Of a stretch of 64,000 nucleotides of DNA, positions 1-11,984 are shown piece by piece; position 1 is the first letter of the stretch, and the number at the start of each line of letters is the position of its first letter. Both the position numbers and the translations under genes were made by a program. The notes under the pieces were generated by a model. It worked only from the letters and a program-made list of their open reading frames with translations, made no database searches and was not told the origin of the DNA. Location of the stretch: NCBI RefSeq assembly GCF_964194155.1, contig NC_135906.1, forward strand, positions 28,768,001 through 28,832,000, written 5' to 3'. This DNA is from Cetorhinus maximus. Lineage: Eukaryota.

Positions 1-765
1 GCCTCCAGTTGAATGAAAGGCAAAACGGCAGCCCTGCCTGGAATGCTGAAGCACTATCTTCCTTCCCCCATCCTCCAAATGCTGATTAAGGACATAGGAA
101 CAGGAGTTGGCCATTCAACCCTGAGCCTGCTCTGCCATTCAGCTGGATTGCTGATCAGTAACTCAGCTCCATCTCTCTCCCTGCCTGCTTCCTTAATACC
201 CCTCCCTAATAAAAATCCGTTTTTACATTTCCCACTTGCTTTCTCTTGTGAGCTTTGTTCGCAGTAAAGGTTAGGGGTAAACCAGGGGCACGGAACACTT
301 TCCATTCAGGTACCCAGTGTCAGCGCTCCCAGTTGCCAAGTAAATCTCTGTGATGTTTTTTTTCCATTTCCTTCACCAGTCATCCAGTGCCCTCTATGGG
401 TGAGGCTGTCTACTTAACATTAAGTTAGTTTTACAGTAGTTTTGTGCTCTGGGTCAACATTAAGGGAAACCGATTTAGACTCACTAAATACTCTTCAGCA
501 AGATCTTTACCATCAACAGCCAAACTAGTCTAGACTATTGAACTTAATCCATCATCAGCGCAATGTACCAGTCATTTTATGAACATGAGCTCTTAACACA
601 TTAAAAACTGGATAGTAAACATTTACAACATGCCTAACCATGGCTTTGGCCAGGGTGCTGTCAGGTCTCCACACCACCCACATCTTACATGTAATCCAGA
701 TTCTGTCCAAGTTGCTGCTGTCTGCTTGAATCACAAGGGTTACTGCAGCTTGGCCTTAGTCTCAC

Positions 766-890
766 CTTACTTATTCGGTAGTATTTTGTCGCAAGCTCGG
801 TGTCCCCACCGCGTTTGGCTTGCAGTGCTGCCAGTTTGTATTCTCTCTGTCTGCTCATCGCAGTGCCCTTCATGCTTGAATTGATTGATA
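766..890 (-). CDS. CC2D1A: CC2D1A coding exon 7, start of DM14 repeat 2 (...MSRQREYKLAALQAKRGGDTELATKYYRISK); the gene continues left of the window
   Basis: ttgcttag acceptor and AAG|gtgaga donor, 125 nt, phase 1 to 0. Matches human SRQRDYKLAALHAKQQGD. Confidence 0.93.
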
Positions 891-1227
891 CTAAGCAAAA
901 TATAGAATAGAAAAAGGTTATAGATTAGCAGGATTGCAGTGCCTCATATTCATAAAAATAATTCAACAACAGTGGCACCAGTGAGTGACATGAAGGTAGA
1001 TTTCTGCCAGTTTTCCGTTAATTGCATGGGAATTGAGAGGGTGCGGACTGAACTACACAAAGACTTTCCCCTTCTTGTCATTCAGCTTAGGTTCAAACTT
1101 CTCTTTAAACTTTTACAGCCTTCAAGCTAAAGGAGACTTTTACCCCAGCAGTCTGGCCCAAGAATTGTCCCAATGTTCATGCATATTGGGAATAGCTGGA
1201 AAAATGGAAGATTTGTAATTCTGGAAA

Positions 1228-1446
1228 AGAGAGAGACATGTCGAAGCTTTTTGTCTTGTACTCATCAGGACACTTTGCAAGAATACTAAGAATGCACCAT
1301 GGCAACACCTCTACCAGAGTCCACTTGCCAACCAATTAGCACTCTCTTCTCATGCAGTATAAATTGTTGTCTTCCCCTTATATTGGTATTCTTGTGAAGT
1401 GTCATGATGAGTGCAAGAAAAAAAGCTTCAACATGTCTCTTTTCTC
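1228..1446. mobile_element. Short element with about 60-bp inverted arms, each carrying a degenerate hammerhead-like motif
   Basis: 1231-1289 is the near reverse complement of 1382-1440; the minus strand of the left arm reads GTC-CTGATGA-GTACAAGAC-AAAA-AGCTTC-GAC. Confidence 0.7.
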
Positions 1447-2099
1447 AGCAATACTCAAGTTCTATAATACCAAATGACGGTTTGTAATTCTACATAACAT
1501 TCAGTGAAACAAACTTCAGCATCACTTGATTCAATGGCTCTGCAGTTAAACAAAGCACTAAACTCACAGTAGTTAAAGATATGCTTCAAAATTAATGTAT
1601 TTGTTATATCTTCTAGGCTTCACAAGGTATTTCTTCTGCCTGGCATTCAGGAGTACACCTGTAAGCAATTCCATGCTCTTTATAAACCAATGTGTTGTTT
1701 TTAAACATGCAAACCTGGAATTTCTGCCCAGACAACAGTTTGACCTAAAGATGATTTTTAGTGTAAAAGATAGGCAATTCAGGCCCAAGCGACTCACTCA
1801 CTAGTTTCCTCGATCTTTTACAACAATGAAACTTCAACCAAAACCCTGTGCCTTTCATTAGCATAGCCCTGCCCCCTCATGCAAAAGACCAGAGAACACA
1901 CGTTTCCTGCATTTATAAAATTTCATGACTAGAATTCTGGGTGCAGAAAGGCACAAAGCTACATTTCTAATGTTGCTCTTGATTTTTTTAAACAATTTTT
2001 GTTTAAATGCTCTTCAAGGAGGGCCCGTCTATGTATTTTCAAATGCATTTAATGGCATCAGAATGAGATACATTAAAATCCAAAAGGCTTCAATTATTT

Positions 2100-2812
2100 C
2101 ATTTTTATTCATTCATGGGATGTGGGCTTCGTTGGCTGGGCCAGCATTTACTGCCCATCCCTAGTTGCCCTTGAGAAGGTGGTGATGAGCTGCCGCCTTG
2201 AACCGCTGCAGTCCATGTGGTGTAGGTACACCCACAGTGCTGTTAGGGAGGGAGTTCCAGGATTTTGACCTAGCGACAGTGAAGGAACAGCGATATATTT
2301 CCAAGTCAGGATGGTGAGTGGCTTGGAGGGGAGCTTCCAGGCGGTGGTGTTCCCATCTGTCTGCTGCCCTTGTCCTTCCAGATAGCAGTGGTGATGGGTT
2401 TGGAAGGTGCTGTCTAAGGAGACTTAGTGAATTCCTGCAGTGCATCTTGTAGATGGTACACGCTGCTGGTACTGTGTGTCGCTGGTGGAGGGAGTGAATG
2501 TTTGTGGATGGGGTGACAATTAAGCGGTCTGCTTTGTCTTGTATGGTATCAAGCTTCTTGAGTGTTGTGGGAGCTGCACTCATCCAGGCAAGTGGAGAGC
2601 ATTCCATCACACTCCTGACTTGTGCTTTGTAGCTGGTGGACAGGCTTCGGGGAATCAGGTGGTGAGTTACTTGTCACACGATTCCTAGCCTCTGACCTGC
2701 TCCTGTAGCCACAATATTTACCTAGTTAGTCCAGTTCAGTTTCTGGTCAATGGTAACCCCCCCAGGATGTTGGTAGTGGGTGATTCAGTGATGGTAATGC
2801 CATTGAACGTCA
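2100..2812 (-). mobile_element. 3' fragment of the same LINE family (another copy at 63820-64000 on the plus strand)
   Basis: ORF 2161..2610 (-): WMSAAPTTLKKLDTIQDKA...LQRFKAAAHHHLL. Confidence 0.9.
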
Positions 2813-3491
2813 ATTATTATGTTGTCTTAAACACACTACACTTAATATGCAAAGAGGCTGGTCTGACAGTTTTAAACTCCATTTTTTAATGCAGAGGAAC
2901 TTAAGAAAGAGACAGAATATGTTGTAAGCTCCATATTTCTCTTGAACTGATTTCTGCTCATCTTACACCCCAAGTTCTGACATGTGCAAATGAGATTATC
3001 AGAAAATTACATTGTAAAGCTGCCATCAGTAAGGTCTGTGATAATTTTGGAACTTGCTGTTTAGAGAAAATTTCAGGGTAATTAAGCAATTTCTGCTGTA
3101 TAGTCACTTATATAGCATAGAAACCGAAGCAGTTAATCCATGCACAGTGAGGTCCCACATACAGCAATGAGATAACAACCAGATTATGATGTTGGCTGAG
3201 GGATAAACATTGGCCTGGACACTGGGGAGAACTCCCCTGCTTTTCTTCGAACTGGTGTCATGGGATCCCCCGAGAGGGGACAGGATTTAATGTTTCATCC
3301 AAAAGACAGCACCTCCAAAAGTGCACCACTCCCTCAGAGTCAGTCTGGATTTTGTGTTCAAGTCTCTGAAGTGGTTTGAAGTCACAGCCTGCTGACTCAG
3401 AGGTGACACAGAATCAAATCTGACAGTTCAAAGAAAAATACACCCTCAAGAAATAGAAATCTGCTGACTGCAGATGCCATTCTGATCCTAC

Positions 3492-3840
3492 CTGCTTTGT
3501 TATTGGCCACTGGGGTAGGTGCCTCCATTTTGGCAGGCAGTGGCATTTCCACCAGTGTGTTTGGTCTTTTGACTGGCGGAGGTGGTGCAACCTTGGGTAC
3601 AGACATCTTTGGTTTGGGTAATAAGGGAGGTGGTGCAGGCTGTGCTGCTGGCACTGGGTCCTCTCTGGGCACAGTCAGGTCAGGTGAGACAGAATTGCTT
3701 TCAGTTAAAGGTGTTGAGGTCCCGGAGGTGGCTGGGGCTTTTGTGGTATTACTGCTCTTTCCAGAAGCCACAGGGGGTGGGATGTCCTCTTCATTAATAT
3801 GCCTTCCCTTCTTCACAGATGTAAGCATGGATTGTAAAGT
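3492..3840 (-). CDS. CC2D1A: CC2D1A coding exon 6 (TLQSMLTSVKKGRHINEEDIPPPVASGK plus Pro-rich linker)
   Basis: tttttag acceptor and GCAG|gtagga donor, 349 nt; overlaps ORF 3397..3828. End of DM14-1 (human TLENLLASIRKGNAIDEADIPPPVAIGK). Confidence 0.93.
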
Positions 3841-4446
3841 CTAAAAATAGAAGATCAAAGTAAAAATTAGTTATGGAAATGAAAAAGCTAGTTTTCTGCT
3901 TGTGACCACCGTGGGTCAAAATCCTTGACCATCAATTTCAAGACAGTGCAAGTCTGATAGGTCACCAACGGTCAGAAGCTGTGTGTTATTTCTGAACTTG
4001 AGGATATAATCTAAACTGACACTTCAACGCAGAAGCAAAAGGAGGTTGCATTTCATATTGAAGCAGCATCACACCACAGAAACAGAAGTATCCATTCTGA
4101 TTGTCCAGGAATCCATTAATACGCATCGGCCAATAGTGCCTGCATTATTGGAAGAAATAAAAACAGTGGGTGAATGGTTCTTAGTGTCTAGCCTCTGCCA
4201 TCATGTCGAATCCCGATTATTCTGCTGTCTTAGGAAGGATTAGCTTTGGATTTCTCTAACAGAGGAATTACAGATAACGATGGCTTCTATCCATGGTGGA
4301 AACTGCTATAGAAGTAACCCAGCACATACCAGGGGCTGGAGGTGGGGTGGGGGGGAATGCTTTCAGGTCGATATGGCCCCAGTACCACTTAAGCAGTTCT
4401 TTAACCAGCAGATATCTCAGTTAATTAGTTAACATTTTATTCTAAC

Positions 4447-4584
4447 CTTAAGGCCACGTTCATATCTCCGAATTTTGGAGCTCTCGCCAGATTGTTTGGC
4501 AGCCTCGATCGCAGATCTGTACATGTCAATCCTCTCTGCCAGAGTGCCTTCCAGTCCATCTGTGATTACAGGTGTTGTATTGGA
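4447..4584 (-). CDS. CC2D1A: CC2D1A coding exon 5, first part of DM14 repeat 1 (...LEGTLAERIDMYRSAIEAAKQSGESSKIRRYERGLK)
   Basis: ctgcag acceptor and AAG|gttaga donor, 138 nt. DM14 pattern like human LQERLALYQTAIESARQAGDSAKMRRYDRGLK. Confidence 0.95.
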
Positions 4585-5044
4585 CTGCAGTTAAAAACAG
4601 ATTTAATTACAGTTAAGTGTCAACGCGAAATGCTACCTACAAAAGATATACCATGAAGTTAAATTGTTGGTTAACTTTAGATCCCAAAGTGAAAAATATA
4701 TTAATTTATGCTTTGATTGATACAACAGTCTCAAACTCATTATATCTAGTTGTATAAGTTACTAGTAGCTTCTTGTAGCAGATACTGAATTACTATCATA
4801 TTCTGTTGACTGGCTATGATCATGTCAGATTCTGGACCAGGACCCTTACTAAGATATGAAACTCTGGAACCTAGTTCTGAATTCAGAGTATCCTCTCTGA
4901 CAGGAGGTAAAGATCCAAAGTAAAATGAATCTTAGCACTTTTCACTTGGCACCTCCAAAATTAAATTTGACATTAAGTTTGGAACAATGCTCTCAATTTA
5001 GATATTTCTCCACGAAATAAAAAAAAAATCAGACTGTAAACAGA

Positions 5045-5790
5045 GGTCACAGAGTCAGAGAGATCTATAGCACAGAAAAAAGGCCCTTTGGCCCATCGAG
5101 TCTGCACCGGTCAAACAAGTACCTAACTATTCTAATCCCATTTTCCAGCACTAGGCCCATAGCCTTGTATGCCAAGGCATCGCAAATGCCCATCCAAATA
5201 CTTCTTCAATGTTATGAGGGTTTCTGCCTCTACCACCCTTTCAGGCAGTGAGTTCCAGATTCCCACCACCCTCTGGTGAAAAAATTCTTCCTCACATCCC
5301 CTCTAAACCTCCTGCCCCTTACCTTAAATCTATGCCCCCTGGTTATTGATCCCTCCACCAAGGGGAAAAGTTCCTTCCTATCTACCCTATCTATGCCCCT
5401 CATAATTTTATACACTTCAATCATGTCCCCCCTCAATCTCCTCTGCTCCAGGGAAAATAACCCCAGTCTATCCAATCTCTCCTCATAACTAAAACTCTCC
5501 AGCCCAGGCAACATCCTGGTAAATCTCCTCTGCACTCTCTCTAGTGCAATCACATCCTTCCTATAATGCGGATTCCAGAACTGCACACAATACTCTAGCT
5601 GTGGCCTAACCAGCATCTTATACAGTTCCAGCATAACCTCCCTGCTCTTATATTCTATGCCTCGGCTAATAAAGGCAAGTATCCCATATGCCTTCTTAAC
5701 CACCTTACCTACCTATCCCGCTACCGTAAGGGACCGGTGGACATGCACACCAAGGTCCCTCTGATCCTCGGTACTTCCCACGGTCCTTCC
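5045..5790 (-). mobile_element. CR1 LINE 3' fragment, followed by a short plus-strand CR1 ORF1-like fragment (about 5790-6100)
   Basis: ORF 5230..5703 (-): LYKMLVRPQLEYCVQFWNPHYRKD...LERVQRRFTRM, the CR1 ORF2 C-terminus. Confidence 0.9.
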
Positions 5791-6741
5791 TAGTGTCATC
5801 AGCTGCAGAAACACGAGCTTTGGGTTTCAGAACTCGAGTGACCACTGGAGTCACAATGGCACATCGCAAGGCTAGGAACTATGTGGATAGCATGTTTTAG
5901 AGGGGTGGCCACACCAGAGGTTAAGAGAGTGCAGGCAGGGAGGGAATGAGTTAACAGCCAGACAGTCTAGGAGGATCAGGCAGATCGTGCAGGAGTCCCC
6001 TGAGTCCATCTCACTCACTAACTAGTGGCACAGCTGCACAGGAGGAGAGGAAGAGCGTGCAAACAGTGATAGGGGATTCGGACAAGGAGAAGTACTATTT
6101 CGGAAGCAATGAATTATATTGTCCAACTGAGTGACTACGACACTGGATCCAAGCAGCCCTGGTTTTGAAAATCCATTAAGTTTTTTCAGAGATGCAAACA
6201 TCATTAAAACTTAAAAATATAAGGAGCTTGTTTGGCCCAGAAGGGCAATTTGTTCCAATCTACTCTTTTCTCAAATCTTCTGATATTTTTATTCAAGTGA
6301 TCATCTAATTTCTTCTTAAATGCCACAATGCGTCATTGAAGCTGTGACAGACGTTCATTGTAATGCATTCCATATCCCAATAATTTGTCACAGAAAATAA
6401 AACTCTCCTTGCCTTTTCCTTGTCTGAACTAATCTGAACTGTTTTGTGTGCTCCACTCCCAAGTATGGTAGTCTCATTGCACACACACTATTAACCAAAT
6501 GATCTTAATCGAGGGAGATTTTAGTCCCTTCTTAAAACATCATGCCAACAACAAACTGGAGATAACCCTCGAGGGCTGGTAGCCCATGTGTAGAGTGTGT
6601 CATTCTTTAAAGGGGAGAGAAACAAAATAAAATGTACTAATTACAGCACCAATGTCAAAAGAGAGAGTTAACTGCAAGAGACAATATCAATTAATTATTT
6701 TTTTTTGGAAAATTGATCAAGGAGACAAGGCCACAACCTAC

Positions 6742-6834
6742 CTGTGGAATATAATCAGCAGCAGGTTTACCTTCTACAGGGGGTGGTACATTCTCGTTCT
6801 GTCTATCGTCCTCCAGCACTTCATTCAGTTCAGC
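6742..6834 (-). CDS. CC2D1A: CC2D1A coding exon 4 (AELNEVLEDDRQNENVPPPVEGKPAADYIPQ)
   Basis: atctag acceptor and CAG|gtaggt donor, 93 nt, phase 0-0. AELNEVL is conserved with human. Confidence 0.88.
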
Positions 6835-7149
6835 CTAGATAAGCAATACCTTCATCAAAATAGTGTCAAGACACCACGCAGCTTATTTTAAAACACAAAC
6901 AAGACATGTTTATAATTAGCCCCAAGCACTCATTTCAAGTACAAAGGAGCGTCAGTGAGTTTCTTCTTAATATCAGCAGATGAAGAATTTGGAAAATAGT
7001 CAGAGCTTTGGAAAATAAAAAGGGTTTCATTCTATTGGGACATTCTTATAAATGCATTCTTGTAAAGTTCCTTCCTATTTTAGCAGTGTTGCTCACCATG
7101 ATGTCAACCCAACCGTGTTAGGAAAAGCAAATTCCAGTAGAAGTTAGAA

Positions 7150-7350
7150 GCAAAATACTGCGGATGCTGGAAATCTGAAATAAAAACAGAAAATGCTGCA
7201 AATACTCAGCAGGTCAGGCAGCATCGGTGCAGACAGAATCAGAATTATGACAAAAGGTCATGGTCTGAAATGTTAACTCTGTTTCTCTCTCCACAGATGC
7301 GCTGCCAGACTTGCTAGGTATTTCCAGCATTTTCTGTTTTTATTCCAGCA
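7150..7350. mobile_element. Palindromic Penelope pLTR-derived short element (shorter relatives at about 37465-37562, 59782-59870, 61925-61965 and 63752-63820)
   Basis: Inverted arms aataaaaacagaaaatgctg...cagcatc / gatgc...cagcattttctgtttttatt around a degenerate hammerhead-like centre. Confidence 0.75.
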
Positions 7351-7884
7351 GAAGTTAAACCTGGAGTGAAAGAGAAGTTGAAGGATCTGCATTAGGCCAT
7401 AGTTTGTTGTTCTGCTGAAATTGTAAGAGAAAAAACCAACAGTTTCTCTTTATCAATCAACAAGGTTGTGGAGTAATTCCAGGCATATCACTCCTAAGCC
7501 TAAAAGACAAGGGTCTTGTGTACCCACTCACTGATTTACTCAACAAATCTAGTTCAGTCCAATATCTTATTTAATTAATGCTATATGAGAGGTGCAAACC
7601 CTGATTCCTTAAAAAGAGAGACCTTGCACCTATATAGCATTTTTCACGATGACACAACATCTCAATGCACTTTACAGTTAAAGTGCTTCTGAAGCGATGT
7701 CACTGTGGAAACATGGCAGCCACTTTGTGCACAGCAGGATCCCATAAACAGCAATGTGCTAAACACAATCTGTTTGACAGATTTGGGCTGCGGGCTAAAT
7801 ATTGATCAGGAATTCTGTTCTTCTTCCAAAGGTGATATGGGATCTTTACTTGCAACCTGAGGGCATCTCAGGTTGACACTGGGA

Positions 7885-8278
7885 AGATGCTGGCATAGCG
7901 GTAATTTCACTGGATTCCAGAGGACCAGGCTAACACTCTGGGGATATGGGTTCAAATCCCACCATGGCAGCTGGTGGAATTTAAATTCAATTAATAAAGT
8001 TGGAATTGAAAACTAGTCTCAGTAATAGTGACCATGAACCCATCATCGGTTGTTTTAAAAACGCACCTGGTTCACAAATATCCCTTAGGGAAGGAAATCT
8101 GCCATCCTTGCCTGGTCTGACCCGCATGTGACTCCAGACCTGCAGCAATGTGGTTGACTCTTCATTTCCCTCTGAAATGGCCTAGCAAGCCTCTCAGTTC
8201 AAGGCCAACTAGGGGTAGGCAACAAATGCTGGGCTGGTCAGCAATGCCCACATCACCTGAAATCATTTTAAAAAAAAT
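7885..8278 (+). mobile_element. tRNA-derived SINE family B (other copies about 18320-18640, 58765-59130 and 62700-62910)
   Basis: A-box TGGCATAGCGG, B-box GGTTCAAATCC, core cccttagggaaggaaatctgcc...gtgactccagacc, tail shared with the single-ORF LINE. Confidence 0.85.
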
Positions 8279-8489
8279 TCCAAAGGCGGCACCTGAAAAG
8301 AGCAGTACTCCCTCCATCCTACACTGGAGTACTAATCTAGATGATGTGCTCAAGTCTCTGGAGTGGGCCTTGCACTTATGGCCATCTGGCTCAGCAGTGA
8401 GAATGGACCAGTCAAGGCCACTGGGCTGAGTACAATCTTGCTCTTCACTGTCCTCCCATCTCAACATCTGTAATCCAGTAAGTTAGAAT

Positions 8490-8922
8490 TTTTTAAAACA
8501 TTTTTCTTTTCCCACCTATTTCCATTATTTTTAAATGAATTTCCATCTATTGTTTTATCTCCACCTTTTAGCCTATTTCGATCCCTTCCCCCCACCCCCA
8601 CTAGGGCTATCTGTACCTTGCTCGTCCTGCTTTCTACCCTTAATGTCACCATTAGCACATTCCTTAGCTAATATCACCACCGTCAACACCTCTTTGTCCT
8701 TTTGCCTATAACATCTTTGGCAATCTCTTCTTTGCCTCCACCTATCACTGGCCCCCTATCCAGCTCCACCTGTCCCACCTCCCTCAACCAGCTTATATTT
8801 CACCACATTCCTATATTTCCTTAGTTCTGATGAAGAGTCATACGGACTCAAAACGTTAACTGTATTCCTCTCCGCAGATGCTGTCAGGACTGCTGAGTTT
8901 TTCCAGCTATTTTGGTTTTGAT
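8490..8922 (+). mobile_element. Penelope-like 3' UTR/pLTR fragment with hammerhead-like motif (8823-8861)
   Basis: Similar to 21540-21890 and 48800-49240; CTGATGAAGAGTCATACGGACTCAAAACGTTAACT. Confidence 0.85.
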
Positions 8923-9665
8923 TCAACACCTGTAATGCCTGAAATAGTGTGCAGCTGTTTGAAAAACTGATCGAGACAAGCTGAAAGAGGATGATGGTAA
9001 ATGGAAGTAAACTAAATGCTCATTGAAGGAAGGGGTTAACAAGCACTTGTAGAAATAATAATGACAGATGGGAGAGCAAGCAACAGAATACATACAGCTT
9101 TGTGGTGGACTGGAAAATTCCAGGTAGAATGGGCAGCAAATGTGTCTCAATGTCATGTGCAAAACTCATTATATTAGCACATCAATCTTGTTCTCCTAAC
9201 CCTTTCCACCTCCACCTGCAACCGTTAATGGTACTGTACCTAAAGCTGCAGGAGGAAGTCTCTTAATTGAAAACACGTATTGCAACTGTTTGTTACAAAG
9301 ACATTTGGCAGTAAAATCCATGAATATGTTTAAAACACTAAACACCAAGCCTTACGGTAAACAAAACTAAATATTAAACATGCTCTTGGGCTTGTAAAGC
9401 CCATGGGTATGGCAGTTTGTAGCTCCAATTGAAAGCATGTCTTGGGGGAAAAATAGTGTGTGCAATACTGAACCAGTCACACCAACATGGTCTCAGGTTT
9501 AGTTTGTGAAAGTCCTTGCATGTAAACGTTAAATCAGGAGCACAATATTTAAATGCTAAGTGCACAATGGCTTCATTATATTCTGCAAGCCTTCAACATC
9601 ATAATGTGACTGGAAAGCAACCACGATAGTGGGCACAGTTTACTTCACATTTTAATGGTTAAAGG

Positions 9666-9887
9666 GTAGGGGTTGATTAATTCAGTTGGCTAGATGGCTA
9701 GAGTGCGATGCAGAGTGATGCCAACGGCATGGGGCTCAATCCCCATACCGGCTGTGGTAATTCATGGAGGCCCACTTCCTCACCTTGCCGCACCCTTGTA
9801 GAGTGGTGCCCCTCATATTTAACCAATTGTCTCTCTCTAATGGAGAGATTTGTCTATGGTCCTTTGTGGTCTATGTCTAATTACCTA
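9666..9887 (+). mobile_element. Short tRNA-like SINE with 12-bp target-site duplication AATGGTTAAAGG
   Basis: Duplication at 9654-9665 and 9888-9899; degenerate A and B boxes (ttcagttggctaga, gggctcaatccc). Confidence 0.65.
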
Positions 9888-10163
9888 AATGGTTAAAGGA
9901 TTTGAATGCTAGGCACTGACAAATGTCCATAGTCTATGTTAGGAATGGAATGCAGAATGAGATACTCTGGCTGAGGCAAGGGCTTCTCAACAGTTTGCTT
10001 TCCATCTGAAGCGTTAGTAGTAGCACTGTCTATTGGTGTAGTGTTGAGTGCTAATGGTGCTCAGGTCACATAACACAATGATTTTCCCAATTACCAACGA
10101 AGCTGGAGAAAAGAAAGCGAGTGAAAGCAGTGAATATTAAAGGTTTTTTCAAAACTAATTTAC

Positions 10164-10270
10164 CATCAAGTCTGCATCATCATCATCCACATCGTCATCA
10201 AAGGCTTCTTCATCAAGGTCCTTCATGCACAGAGCAGCCATTCTCTCAATATCTTCCATTGGGAGTGGGG
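10164..10270 (-). CDS. CC2D1A: CC2D1A coding exon 3 (PLPMEDIERMAALCMKDLDEEAFDDDVDDDDADLM)
   Basis: ttctgtag acceptor and ATG|gtaaat donor, 107 nt, phase 1 to 0. Matches human PLPMEAIEKMASLCMRD plus acidic tract. Confidence 0.93.
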
Positions 10271-11984
10271 CTACAGAAATAGAAGCCTTGTCAAGACTAG
10301 ACATGTTTGTTTTGAATAACCTTGTATATCGGCTTTTCCGCTCCCCACTCAAAAGCACAATAGGATTGTACTGCTTTTGAACTCAATCCTTGCACTTTTG
10401 GGATCAGCATTCAAATCTAGCAAGACTGATGGAAATTTGACATCTATCTTTGCTGTTTCTGTTTGTCCTAGCTGAAATAAATCTGGAGTTGTTTCAATTT
10501 AATTTCCAAGTGGGCCCAAGTGCAAGCTGCTCTCAATTCCCTACATGTTGACTCTCTCCTTTAGAGCCTCCTTACAACCTGGCTCTTTGGCAAATGTTTG
10601 GTCATCTGTCCTAATATCTATGTATGTAGCTTGGTGCCAAATTTTGTTTGATAACGCTCCTCTGAAGGGCCTTGGGAAGAACCGTAATATTAAAGGTGGT
10701 ATATAAATGCATATTGTTGTTTTTATATATTGGCAGAGTAATAATGGCTGCTGATAGAAAAGGAAAAATACAGGGGTGCTCGTCTTGAGCACGGCTTTAA
10801 GAAGCATTGTTAGATGAAAAAGAAGGTGCACACCTGATCAGGAAGTGTTAGATACTGATATCAAAAATGTTTTATTCTCAGCTTGATCCGTAGATAAATT
10901 AAGTTTTGTTGGGTGTGTGTGTGGGGAAGTTCCAGGGGATATGATTTACAGCAAGAACATGATTTGCCTGTTCCCTTTTTTAACCCTCGACTTCAACAAG
11001 CAGTCACTTGCTGCAATAGGATTCAACATTGTTCAAACCCAAGAAGCAAAGAGAGGTTTGGTATGGGATTATTATTGGCTGTGAGTCTATGCATTGAGTT
11101 TATGCAGTCAGTCAGTCTGGCAACATTTTTAAAAAATACTTTGAATATGAACATTTGTAGCAGAAAAGAACATTTAAATTCAATTAATTTAGGCTCCAGA
11201 TTCCTCCAAATTTCACCTGGTCATCCAGAGACCAGGTGAAGAGAGAAGAGATTTATTTTCACTTTTGAAACATGAGAAGCTCAGCCAGCAAGCATCAACT
11301 TTTCCCACTTCCTAGCTGTTTAAAAGGAATACCGGAAGAGGTGAGGGAAACAGGAAGGCTGCCTGCCTCATTAATCAGGAAATGATCTGTTGAGAAGGGA
11401 AGGTGCTTAAAAGGACACAGTGGCAGGAGTTAAGTTGTTGAATTTGATGGGAATAATTGTAAAGAACAAAAATGTAAATATTGATCCAATTAATGCATAA
11501 GCCACTATGGGTTTGTACAACCATACCGAGTATTCTATGTATTTACCATGGCCGAACACTTTTCACAATCAAACATAAGGCAGAGACTCTAGTCATTTGA
11601 AAGAGAAAGGATAACTTGGGATTTATAAAGCAGCATTCCTGTCCTAAAGCACTTGACAGCCAAAGAAGCATTTTGAAATGTAATCACTGTTGGGCTGTAT
11701 GAAATGGAGCAGGAAGATCCCACATCAGCAGTGAGGCAAATGAGTAAATAATCAGTTTTGTGCAGTGTCGATTGAGGGGCAAATTTGGGCCAGGACACCA
11801 GGAGAACTCCCTGCTCTTCTTTGAACAGTGCCATGGACTGATAAGTGGTAAATAATCCTAAACAAGAGACAACTACAGCACCATCATCCAATTCCCATAG
11901 TTACCATTGGCCAGAAATTTAACTGGACCAGATACATCAACACTGGTCGCAAGGCCAGGGCAGAGGCTGGGTACTCTGTGTAGA

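Noticed and set aside
3497-3844. 115-aa Gly-rich plus-strand ORF
   Set aside because: Antisense shadow of the Pro-rich CC2D1A exon 6.
6769-6771. Alternative donor GAAG|gtaaac within CC2D1A exon 4
   Set aside because: Phase 1, out of frame with exon 5; the donor at 6742 keeps the frame.
7885-7970. tRNA gene candidates here and at about 23195, 43195, 53850-53960 and 58765
   Set aside because: A and B boxes continue into SINE bodies and no full cloverleaf is evident.
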